Translations under genes and position numbers: made by a program
The notes under the pieces: generated by a model
Database searches by the model: none
Told to the model about the DNA's origin: nothing
What the model saw: the letters and a program-made list of their open reading frames with translations, nothing else
In this document: in pieces, positions 37,101-45,851 of the stretch
How positions within the stretch are numbered: the first letter of the stretch is position 1
Layout of the letters: the number at the start of each line of letters is the position of its first letter
Source: an uncultured Xanthomonas sp.
GTDB lineage: Bacteria; Pseudomonadota; Gammaproteobacteria; Xanthomonadales; SZUA-5
Direction of reading: 5' to 3'
DNA: 52,886 bases
Assembly (NCBI GenBank): GCA_964561825.1
Contig: CAZLSB010000002.1
Span: forward strand, 1 to 52,886

Positions 37101-39071
37101 GCAAAAGGCGGCTGGGAAAGCGTCAAACGGCATTTTCGTGCGCTCGGCAAAGATTGCCAAGCAGAGGATTTCACCTGTGTTGGCATCGGCGATATGTCCG
37201 GCGATGTGTTCGGCAACGGCATGTTGTTGTCCCGCAAAATTCGCTTGCTGGCGGCTTTCGATCATCGACATATCTTTTTTGATCCCAATCCGGATTCCGA
37301 GCGCAGTTTCATCGAACGCGAACGCTTATTCGATGTACCACGGTCATCGTGGGCCGATTACGACAGCAGCTTGATCAGTGCAGGTGGTGGCATTTATCCG
37401 CGCAGCGCCAAGTTCATCCCGATCACGCCGGAAGTCGCCAGCTGCCTGGACTTGGACGAGTCAGTGACCCAACTCACGCCCACGGAAACGCTGCGCGCGA
37501 TCCTCAAAGCCAAGTTTGAGTTGTTGTGGAATGGCGGCATCGGCGTGTACGTCAAAGCCAGCAGCGAATCACACGAAGAGTGTGGTGATCGCGCCAACAA
37601 CGGGCTGCGCGTCAACGGCAAAGAGCTGCGCTGCAAAATTGTCGGTGAGGGCGGCAATCTAGGTCTGACCCAGCGTGGGCGCATCGAATTCGCCCAGGCC
37701 GGTGGTTTGTTAAACACGGATTTCATCGACAACTCAGCCGGTGTAGATACCTCCGATCACGAGGTCAACATCAAGATTTTGCTCAACACGGCGATTGAAC
37801 TCGGCCAACTGACGCTATCGCAGCGTGATGAGTTACTGGTGGCGATGACCGATGAGGTCTCGCGGCTGGTGCTGTTTGACAACTATCGGCAGAACTTGGC
37901 GATCAGCCTGATGCAAGCCTTGTCGATTCCAAGGTTAGGCTCCAAACAGCATTTTGTGCGCGTCTTAGAACAGCAAGGTTTGCTTGATCGCGCGCTGGAA
38001 TTTTTGCCTAGCGATGCGGAGTTTGAAGAACGCAAAGCGCGCGGCCAGGGACTCACGCGGCCCGAGCTGTCCATTTTGTTGTCCTATTCAAAAATCGTGT
38101 TGTACAAACAACTACTCGATTCGGATGTGCCAGAAGACGCTTACTTGTCGAAAGAGCTGCAGATTTATTTCCCCACGCCGCTGCGTGAACGTTTTGCGCA
38201 AACCATGGAAAAACATCGGCTGCGTCGCGAGATCATCGCCACCCAGGTGACCAATTCGATCGTCAACCGCATGGGTTCCACCTTTGTGTTGCGAATGGGC
38301 GAAGACACCGGCAAGAGCGCGGCAGAGATCGCCAAAGCGTTCACGATCGCCCGCGAGGTGGTGCGGGCGCGTGAATGGTGGGCGGAAATGGATATCTGCA
38401 CCCATGTGCCGGAAAGCGTTTATTTGGATGTCACACTGGGCATTTGGAATTTGCTGCGCAATCTGACCCGCTGGTTGCTGCAACTGCCCGGCCAGCGTTT
38501 AGAAATCGCCGCCAGCGTCGAGCGTTTCGCACCCGGTTTTGAACAAATGGTCGCCGTGCTCGATGACGTGGTGCCGGAAAGCAATCGATTGCGCTACCGC
38601 GAACAAGAGCTAGAACTGATCAGCGCCGGTTATCCACAATCGATGGCGCGGCGCATCAGCGCACTCAGTGCACTGAACGCGGCCTTTGATGTGATCGACT
38701 TAGCGCACGAACAACGGGTATCCGTGGCCGATGCCGCGCGCGTGTACTTTGAGATCGGCGAGGCACTGCACCTGAAATGGTTCTCCGATTCCATCGAGCA
38801 ACTGCCCGTGCAAGGCCGCTGGCATGCCAATGCGCGGGGCGTTTTGCGCGATGAGTTGTACGCCCAACGCCGCGCCTTGGCTGCACAACTCCTGCAACGC
38901 CCGCAGCCCAGCAGCGGCACCCGCGTGCAAGCCTGGACGACCAGCGCCGATAACACCCTGCGCTACACGCTCAGCATGTTCAACGAGATCCGCGCCCAGA
39001 AAACCCTGGATTACCCAACGATCTCGGTGGCGGTGCGGCGTCTGGCGCAACTGGTGGCCGCGGGTAGCTAA
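34134..39071 (+). CDS. gdhB: NAD-specific glutamate dehydrogenase, large (about 180 kDa) class
   Basis: 1645 aa. The catalytic core reads [27 protein letters not shown]...PVGSKGGF and ...[11 protein letters not shown]...[13 protein letters not shown], typical of the bacterial giant NAD-GDH. Confidence 0.92.
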   Translation: [1645 protein letters not shown]

Positions 39072-39094
39072 GCGGCGCAAAGTTCGACGCAAAG

Positions 39095-39118
39095 AGGCGC
39101 AATGGAATGCGCCTTTTT
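39095..39118 (+). terminator. Rho-independent terminator of gdhB
   Basis: AGGCGCA-atggaa-TGCGCCT followed by TTTT, 24 nt after the stop. Confidence 0.75.
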
Positions 39119-39120
39119 GC

Positions 39121-39720
39121 TGGAAGTCCGAATCTCGTCAGTGCGAGGCATTGCGCCGCGAGAAGCGGCAATGCCACGTTAAGCGCCAGCCAATCGCCAT
39201 CCGGACGGACTTTGCACTGCGCAGCGCGACTGCTAAGCCACGCCGAAAAACTCCCCGTGGGGTCATCCAGCGGCCCCAACGCGCGCAAACTAGGCCCCGG
39301 CCGATACAAACTCAGCACGGCGCCACGCACGATTTGCTCGGGGTTCAGACGCGTCAGGCGGGTGCGCTGCTCGCGGTCCAACAAGCGATCCCGATAGGGC
39401 GCGTAAAAGTCGATCAGTTCGGTCATGCCAGCGCCGTCGGCTAAGGTTTGCAATGGCCCATCCGCGCTGGCCAGTAAGGCATGCAAGGGCACTGCGGCGC
39501 CTTGCGCTCGGGCTCTGTCCTGGGCAGCCAACACCACCACCACGCGCCGCGATGCGCCATCACTCAAGCGCGCCAACGCAGCTTCGGCAGTGGCATTACG
39601 ATGGTCATGTGGCAGTAAAGCCAGCACATCGGTATCGATGCTCAGCGTGCCAGAAACCCATGCCTAGCCCACATGAGTGGCGCAAGCGAGCACCAAGAGC
39701 GCCCAAATCCAGGCCAGCGC
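39121..39720 (-). pseudogene. N-terminal fragment of a predicted-exporter (MMPL/COG4258-like) gene; truncated and frame-disrupted
   Basis: A TM-like leader LQWPALAWIWALLVLACATHVG is followed, after a stop and frame change, by SIDTDVLALLPHDHRN...RRVVVVLAAQD...LIDFYAPYRDRLL. The reading frame then runs into the gdhB terminator and 3' end without any transporter body. The family assignment is from memory of these N-termini. Confidence 0.4.
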
Positions 39721-39844
39721 CGGCCACTGCAAGCCCGGTGTGGCTATTCAAAATCAGCCAACTCAGCGGCGCTCAGCGCGTTCGGCTCCACGCGCAGCGC
39801 AGTGAATTTGATTCTGCTGCTGTCGCCACTGCGTTCGCTGATGT

Positions 39845-40445
39845 CTACGCGCTCGATTTGGCTGTGGCCGGCGACAGCTGCAAGGGCGCCAGACCCGCCG
39901 CTGCCAAACTGCTGGCTGCGCTGGCAGCGCCGTCGCCATCCCACACCTCGCGTTCGCCGCATAACACCGCGGCTACGTAGCTGAGCGGGGTCAGATCGCC
40001 GCTGGCGCCTACCGAACCCTCCGATGGAATGCGCGGCAACAAATCGCTGCAACAATCCACACAATTACCGCAGTAAGCGATAACTCACGCCGGAATAACC
40101 CTGCGCCAACGAGGCCAAGCGCGCCGCCAACACCGCACGCGTGTGCACCCGGCTCAGCAATACGCCGCTGCCGCAGCCATGATAGGTATACAGCCGCTGC
40201 GGCAATTCCAGCGCCAAACCAGACGGGATGCTGACCGTGCAGGATCCCCGTAACCGGTGGTTACCCCATAGATCACGCCATCTTCGGCCAGCACGCGCTC
40301 CAGAAAGTCCGCACCGGCCTGGATGCGCTCGCAAAACGCGTCTTATCGTCCAATTGCGCAACGCGCAGTCGATAGGCCAAGGCCACAACGTCTTCAATGG
40401 TCAACGGGGAGCCGTCAAACAGGACCGGGGGTTGCGCCTTGAGCA
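39845..40445 (-). pseudogene. Aromatic amino acid/histidine ammonia-lyase gene remnant (frameshifted, 3'-truncated)
   Basis: Homology is split over three frames: MLKAQPPVLFDGSPLTIEDVVALA..., then GVTTGYGD / SCTVSIPSGLALELPQRLYTYHGCGSGV...LAQGYSGVS, then IPSEGSVGASGDLTPLSYVAAVLCGEREVW (the MIO-forming ASG motif). Only about 200 of roughly 510 expected residues remain. Confidence 0.75.
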
Positions 40446-40546
40446 TAGTGTGCCGATCCAATGGAATGAGCATGAAAGATACGTGATGACTGCCCGCGCG
40501 CGGAATTGGGTATGGGTTCTTTCTTGTGGGTGGTGCGAGCGCCACA

Positions 40547-41515
40547 CTAAGCGGTGCCGGTCACCGCGTAGCTCGCGGCGATGCCTGCAAATATCGCCGC
40601 ACCCACCCAGTTGTTGTTCAAAAAGGCCCGAAAACAAGCCTCTCGGCCACGCCCACGGGCGTGCCAGAGCTGCCAGCTCATCAATAACGCCGCCACTGCC
40701 AGCGCCGCCCAAAACGGCCAAGCCAATTCACTGCGTAGGCCAATCAGTGCCAAGGTGATCAGCGCGCAGGCGTGCAGGGTACCGACCGCCACCAAGTCCA
40801 CGTCACCGAACATGATGGCCGTCGAACGCGCGCCGGCTTTGATGTCGTCGTCGCGATCCACCATGGCGTAGAGGGTGTCGTAAGCCGTCGTCCACAATAG
40901 GTTTGCGCAGAACAACAACAGGGTAATGGCGCCTAGTTTTGTTTCTAGCGCCGTATAGGCCATCGGAATCGACATGCCGAAGGCCGCACCGAGCACCACT
41001 TGCGGGTAGGAAATCAAGCGCTTTGTGTAGGGATAAACGACCGCCAGCAACGCCGCGATCATCGCCAAATAGACGGTCATTTCATTGGTCAACAGCACCA
41101 AAACCAGGGCTGCACTCATCAGCAGCGTGAAAATAAGCAGCGCCTCGCTGCCGCGCACGCTACCGACGGCCAGCGGACGCGCCCGCGTGCGCTGCACTTT
41201 GGAATCTAACCAGCGATCAGCATAGTCGTTGATCACGCAACCCGCTGAACGGGTGAGCACCACGCCGGCAACGAAAATGGCCAGAGTCCGCAGCGGCGGC
41301 ACGCCGCTAGCCGCCAACCACAAAGCCCAGAGCGTGGGCCAAAGCAGCAGCAAAATGCCAATTGGCCGATCAAGCCGCAGCAATTTCGCGTAGGCCACCA
41401 GCTTGGAGTCGCGCTCAACGCTCGCCGCCGTCACCATTCGCCGACCCGCAGCGTTCTCCACCAACCGATAGTGCGGACGACGTGCAGACTGCGAGGGTGG
41501 TTTTTTGGCTGGCAT
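40547..41515 (-). CDS. ubiA: 4-hydroxybenzoate polyprenyltransferase
   Basis: Contains LLRLDRPIGILLLLWPTLWALWLAASG and CVINDYADRWLD. An alternative ATG lies at 41437. Confidence 0.9.
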   Translation of the reverse strand: MPAKKPPSQSARRPHYRLVENAAGRRMVTAASVERDSKLVAYAKLLRLDRPIGILLLLWPTLWALWLAASGVPPLRTLAIFVAGVVLTRSAGCVINDYADRWLDSKVQRTRARPLAVGSVRGSEALLIFTLLMSAALVLVLLTNEMTVYLAMIAALLAVVYPYTKRLISYPQVVLGAAFGMSIPMAYTALETKLGAITLLLFCANLLWTTAYDTLYAMVDRDDDIKAGARSTAIMFGDVDLVAVGTLHACALITLALIGLRSELAWPFWAALAVAALLMSWQLWHARGRGREACFRAFLNNNWVGAAIFAGIAASYAVTGTA

Positions 41516-41540
41516 GGTTCTGATTCTGCCATGCGCGGTG

Positions 41541-41561
41541 TTGTTGGTTGTTGGTTGTTGG
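41541..41561. repeat. Tandem heptamer (TTGTTGG)x3 in the ubiA/halogenase divergent intergenic region
   Basis: Three perfect head-to-tail units, read directly from the sequence. Confidence 0.85.
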
Positions 41562-41604
41562 CTATCCTATATCTCACCCTGCAACCGAACTGGTACGCCC
41601 CCCC

Positions 41605-43125
41605 ATGACCTACTCGCAAACGCGTCCCTTGCGCATCGTTGTGCTGGGTGGCGGAACGGCAGGATGGATGGCGGCTAGCTTGATGGCCAAGCGCTGGGCG
41701 CAGCAGGGGGTGACGGTCACGGTGTTGGAATCGGCTGAAATCGGCATTATTGGTGTGGGTGAAGGCTCAACGCCGCAGCTGAAGGCTTTTTTCGACAGCC
41801 TGGACATCGCCGAATCCGACTGGATGCCGCGCTGTAACGCTACCTACAAGGCTGGCATTCAGTTTGCTGGCTGGTCGGAAAAACCGGGGTTTACCCAGTA
41901 CTTTCATCCGTTCCCAAATGAAATCGACGAACGCACGGCGCCGGCCTTGTATTTCAACAGTGTGGTGCGCCGGCGCGGTGCCGATGTGGATGCGCACCCA
42001 GATCGTTTTTTCCTCGCCACGCGCTTGGCGCAGCGTAAACTGGCGCCCTTGCCGGCCTACTCTTTCCCGTTTCGCAGCTTTTACGGTTATCACTTCGACG
42101 CTGCGTTAATCGGTCGTTTTTTGCGCGAACACTCGAGCAAACGCGGCGTGCTGCACCTGGAAGGCACCGTGGCACGCGTTGAGCACGCAGAGAACGGCGA
42201 TATCCTCGCGCTGCACACCCATGACGGCCGGCGCATTGACGGCGATTTTTTTGTCGATAGCACGGGCTTTCGATCGATGCTGCTGCAAGGTGCCTTGGGT
42301 GTGCCGTTCCGCTCTTTTGCCGAGAATTTGTACAACGATTCGGCGGTGGTGGCGCCCACGCCCGCCGACACTGATGGCATCCACCCGCAGACCACCGCAA
42401 CCGCCCTGCAAGCCGGCTGGGCGTGGCGCATTCCGCTGCAAAACCGGGTTGGCAATGGCTATGTATACAGTTCGCGATACATCGATAAAGCGGCCGCCGA
42501 GACCGAGTTGCGCGCGCACTTGGGCATTCCAGACAGCGATCCAGCGCTGCGCCACTTGAGTATGAAAGTCGGTCGGGTCGAACAGCACTGGGCACGCAAC
42601 TGTCTGGCCGTGGGCCTGTCGCAAGGATTCATCGAGCCGCTGGAGGCGACCGCGCTGCATCTGGTGCAAGAAACCGTCGAGAACTTCATCAGCGCCTACA
42701 GCGCCGGGGGTTTCACCCACACCCATCAAAGCAGTTTCAACGACGCGATCAACGCGCGTTTTGAAGGCATTCGCGATTACATCGTTTGCCACTACAAGGT
42801 GAACTCGCGCAGCGACACCGACTATTGGCGCGACAACGCGCGCAACGCTGTTTTATCCGATACGCTGCGGCAGATTCTGCATACCTGGACCAGCAGCCAG
42901 GATTTGCTGCCGGAGATTGCGCGTCTGCAGATCGAGCGCTACTACGCGCCTGCATCCTGGCATTGCCTGCTCGCCGGTTATGGCTGTTTCCCCGCTAGCG
43001 AACAATTAATGGCGCCCAACGACAAAGCACGTCGCTACGATGTGGCTCGAATTGACGATTTTCTGGACCGCTGCGCGCTGAATTTTCGTCCGCATGATGA
43101 GGTGTTGGCGGATTACCGACATTAA
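41605..43125 (+). CDS. Flavin-dependent (tryptophan-halogenase family) halogenase
   Basis: Contains GGGTAGWMAA (GxGxxG), GVGEGSTP and the WxWxIP signature (GWAWRIPL). ATG at 41605 is preferred over the upstream TTG. Confidence 0.85.
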   Translation: MTYSQTRPLRIVVLGGGTAGWMAASLMAKRWAQQGVTVTVLESAEIGIIGVGEGSTPQLKAFFDSLDIAESDWMPRCNATYKAGIQFAGWSEKPGFTQYFHPFPNEIDERTAPALYFNSVVRRRGADVDAHPDRFFLATRLAQRKLAPLPAYSFPFRSFYGYHFDAALIGRFLREHSSKRGVLHLEGTVARVEHAENGDILALHTHDGRRIDGDFFVDSTGFRSMLLQGALGVPFRSFAENLYNDSAVVAPTPADTDGIHPQTTATALQAGWAWRIPLQNRVGNGYVYSSRYIDKAAAETELRAHLGIPDSDPALRHLSMKVGRVEQHWARNCLAVGLSQGFIEPLEATALHLVQETVENFISAYSAGGFTHTHQSSFNDAINARFEGIRDYIVCHYKVNSRSDTDYWRDNARNAVLSDTLRQILHTWTSSQDLLPEIARLQIERYYAPASWHCLLAGYGCFPASEQLMAPNDKARRYDVARIDDFLDRCALNFRPHDEVLADYRH

Positions 43126-43141
43126 GTCCCTGCGGGAATGA

Positions 43142-43232
43142 CGTAACGGCGTAACTCATGCGACCAAAGTAGGAACGCGGCTGTCTCGCACTCGGTTACG
43201 CTTGCGGCAAGTTTGATCACGCCATCGTTACG
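43142..43232. promoter_or_regulatory. Array of four CGTAAC/GTTACG hexamers upstream of acs
   Basis: CGTAAC at 43142..43147 and 43150..43155; GTTACG at 43195..43200 and 43227..43232. Four copies in a 117-nt intergenic region compares with roughly 0.06 expected by chance. Confidence 0.5.
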
Positions 43233-43242
43233 GGAGGTCGCC

Positions 43243-45183
43243 ATGGCTACACTGTACCCAGTACCCGCGCAATTTGCCGCTACCGCGCGCTACACCGCCG
43301 CTAGCTATCGTCAGTTGTATGAGGAATCGATGCAGGATCCAAACGGCTTTTGGAAGCGCATTTCCGAGCGCCTGGATTGGTTTAAAGCGCCTACCTTGAT
43401 CCAAGACGTCAGCTTCAACATTGAGGATTTCCACGTTCACTGGTACGCCGATGGCGAGCTGAACGTGTCGGTCAATTGTCTGGATCGACATTTGGCAACC
43501 CGGGGCGACAAAACCGCGCTGCTCTGGGAAGGCGACAACCCGGCCGAAAGTGAAGCGGTCACCTATGCCGACCTGTACGCACGGGTGTGCAAGTTTGCCA
43601 ATGCGCTGCGCGAGCTGGGCGTCAAAAAAGGCGATCGGGTGACCATCTATTTGCCGATGATTCCGGAAGCCGCGGTCGCCATGCTGGCTTGCGCGCGCAT
43701 CGGCGCCGTGCATTCGATTGTGTTTGGCGGTTTTTCGCCGGACTCGCTGGTCAGTCGCATCGATGATTGCCAGTCGACTTTGGTGATCACCTCAGACGAA
43801 AGTCTGCGCGGCGGCCGTATCGTGCCGTTGAAGAGCAATGTCGACGAGGCGCTGAAGAATCCGGCAACCAAGAGTGTGCAGAAGGTTGTCGTGGTCAAGC
43901 GCACCGGTCGACCGGTGGAATGGTTTGACGGTCGCGACCTTTGGTATGACGAACTGATCGCCCATCAGCCGGCCACTTGCGAGCCCGAACGCATGAACGC
44001 CGAAGACCCGCTGTTCATCCTCTACACGTCTGGATCCACGGGCAAACCCAAAGGCGTGCTACACACCACCGGCGGTTATTTGGTGTACGTCAGTTTTACG
44101 CACGAAGCGGTGTTTGATTTGCGTGAGGACGACATTTTTTGGTGCACCGCAGATGTAGGCTGGGTCACCGGCCACAGTTATGTGGTGTATGGCCCGCTGG
44201 CCAACGGCGCCACCTCGTTGATGTTTGAAGGCATCCCCAACTATCCAACGGTGTCGCGCTTCTGGCAGGTGGTCGATAAGCATCAAGTCACCATCATCTA
44301 CACCGCACCGACCGCGATCCGCGCGCTGATGCGCGAAGGCGATGCGCCCGTCAAAGCCTGTTCGCGTGCGTCCTTGCGGCTGCTCGGCACGGTCGGCGAG
44401 CCGATCAATCCCGAAGCCTGGGAGTGGTACCACCGCGTAGTGGGCGATGGGCGTTGTCCGATTGTCGACACCTGGTGGCAAACCGAAACCGGCGGCATGT
44501 TGATCACACCCTTACCCGGCGCCATTGCGCAGAAGCCAGGATCAGCGACACTGCCGTTTTTTGGCGTGCGTCCAGCGATTGTCGATGCCGAAGGCAATCA
44601 GCTGGAAGGCGCAGCCGAGGGAAATCTGGTGTTGCTGGGCAGCTGGCCCGGACAAATGCGCAGCGTGTATGGCGACCATCAGCGCTTTATTGAAACCTAT
44701 TTCAGCACCTTCAAGGGCACCTATTTTACCGGCGATGGCGCGCGTCGCGATGCCGACGGTTACTACTGGATCACCGGTCGGGTGGACGATGTGCTGAACG
44801 TGGCAGGTCACCGCCTGGGCACCGCGGAAATCGAAAGCGCGCTGGTCTCGCACCCCGCGGTTGCCGAGGCCGCCGTGGTTGGCTGCGCGCACGACATCAA
44901 AGGTCAAGGCATCTATGTGTATGTGACGCTCAAGACCGGGATTGAGCCTACAGAAGACTTGCGCAAAGCCTTACGCGATCACGTACGCAAGGAAATCAGC
45001 CCGATCGCCACGCCCGATTACATTCAATGGGCACCAGGACTGCCAAAAACACGTTCCGGCAAAATCATGCGCCGCATCCTGCGCAAAATCGCCGCCAACG
45101 AGCACGAGAATCTCGGTGATATCTCCACGCTGGCCGATCCTTCCGTGGTCGCCAATTTGATTGACGAGCGCTTGGTGCGCTGA
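43243..45183 (+). CDS. acs: Acetyl-CoA synthetase
   Basis: ATG at 43243 follows GGGAGG. The AMP-binding motif is [14 protein letters not shown], with TWWQTETGG and a C-terminal [13 protein letters not shown]. Confidence 0.95.
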   Translation: MATLYPVPAQFAATARYTAASYRQLYEESMQDPNGFWKRISERLDWFKAPTLIQDVSFNIEDFHVHWYADGELNVSVNCLDRHLATRGDKTALLWEGDNPAESEAVTYADLYARVCKFANALRELGVKKGDRVTIYLPMIPEAAVAMLACARIGAVHSIVFGGFSPDSLVSRIDDCQSTLVITSDESLRGGRIVPLKSNVDEALKNPATKSVQKVVVVKRTGRPVEWFDGRDLWYDELIAHQPATCEPERMNAEDPLFILYTSGSTGKPKGVLHTTGGYLVYVSFTHEAVFDLREDDIFWCTADVGWVTGHSYVVYGPLANGATSLMFEGIPNYPTVSRFWQVVDKHQVTIIYTAPTAIRALMREGDAPVKACSRASLRLLGTVGEPINPEAWEWYHRVVGDGRCPIVDTWWQTETGGMLITPLPGAIAQKPGSATLPFFGVRPAIVDAEGNQLEGAAEGNLVLLGSWPGQMRSVYGDHQRFIETYFSTFKGTYFTGDGARRDADGYYWITGRVDDVLNVAGHRLGTAEIESALVSHPAVAEAAVVGCAHDIKGQGIYVYVTLKTGIEPTEDLRKALRDHVRKEISPIATPDYIQWAPGLPKTRSGKIMRRILRKIAANEHENLGDISTLADPSVVANLIDERLVR

Positions 45184-45190
45184 GGGCCAC

Positions 45191-45850
45191 ATGATCCTGA
45201 TCGCTGATGACCATCCTTTATTTCGCGAGGCGATGCGGCGCGAGGTGGAACGTGCGCAGCCGGGCGCGCGTATTGCTGAGGCAGAAAATGTTGCACAGTT
45301 GCTGTCTTTGATTGATGCGCATCCGGATGCCGACCTGTTGTTGCTCGATCTAACCATGCCCGGCGCGCACGGTTTTTCGGCCTTGGCGCATATCCGCGCC
45401 ACCCGACCGGCGTTGCCGGTCATTGTGGTGTCCGCTCGCGAAGAACCGATGGTGATCCGCCGCTCGCTGGCGCACGGCGCGTCGGGTTTTATTCCTAAAT
45501 CCGCCGACACCGACATGATCCAGCGCGCCTTGCGTACCGTGATTGAAGGCGAAACCTTCGATCCCTTTGCGCATGGCGCGGTGCGTCTGGATGAAGCCGA
45601 ACGCGATCTGGCCAAACGCTTGGCTGATCTGACACCCCAACAATTTCGCGTGTTGACCATGCTCTGCGAAGGCAAGCTCAACAAACAAATCGCCTACGCG
45701 TTGGACGTCACCGAAGCCACCATCAAAGCACACGTCACCGCGATCTTGCGAAAACTCGGCGCACACAACCGCACCATGGCAGTCACGCTGGCCAGCCGCC
45801 TAGCAGTCGATCCGGATGCAGCAAGGTCGGTGAAGGTGGTGGAGGAGTAG
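45191..45850 (+). CDS. NarL/FixJ (LuxR-type HTH) response regulator with no adjacent kinase
   Basis: Receiver domain (ILIADDHPLFREA, LLDLTMPGAHG, GASGFIPKS) followed by a LuxR HTH (LTPQQFRVLTMLCEGKLNKQIAYALDVTEATIKAHV). It starts 8 nt after the acs stop. Confidence 0.88.
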   Translation: MILIADDHPLFREAMRREVERAQPGARIAEAENVAQLLSLIDAHPDADLLLLDLTMPGAHGFSALAHIRATRPALPVIVVSAREEPMVIRRSLAHGASGFIPKSADTDMIQRALRTVIEGETFDPFAHGAVRLDEAERDLAKRLADLTPQQFRVLTMLCEGKLNKQIAYALDVTEATIKAHVTAILRKLGAHNRTMAVTLASRLAVDPDAARSVKVVEE

Positions 45851-45851
45851 G

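Noticed and set aside
34350-38956. Many 60-200 aa ORFs on the opposite strand or in other frames inside gdhB. The same occurs inside glnA, ntrB/C, dsbD, the DUF2339 gene, acs and others.
   Set aside because: These are typical shadow ORFs of a GC-rich genome. They lie wholly inside long ORFs with strong family motifs, have Arg/Ala/Pro-rich composition, and contain no motifs I recognise.
38980-39627. A 215-aa minus-strand ORF that looks like an intact gene overlapping the 3' end of gdhB.
   Set aside because: Only its N-terminal two thirds resemble an exporter N-terminus. The rest reads through the gdhB terminator and coding end. The true N-terminal TM leader sits in another frame upstream behind a stop. 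I therefore treat it as a pseudogene fragment, not a CDS.
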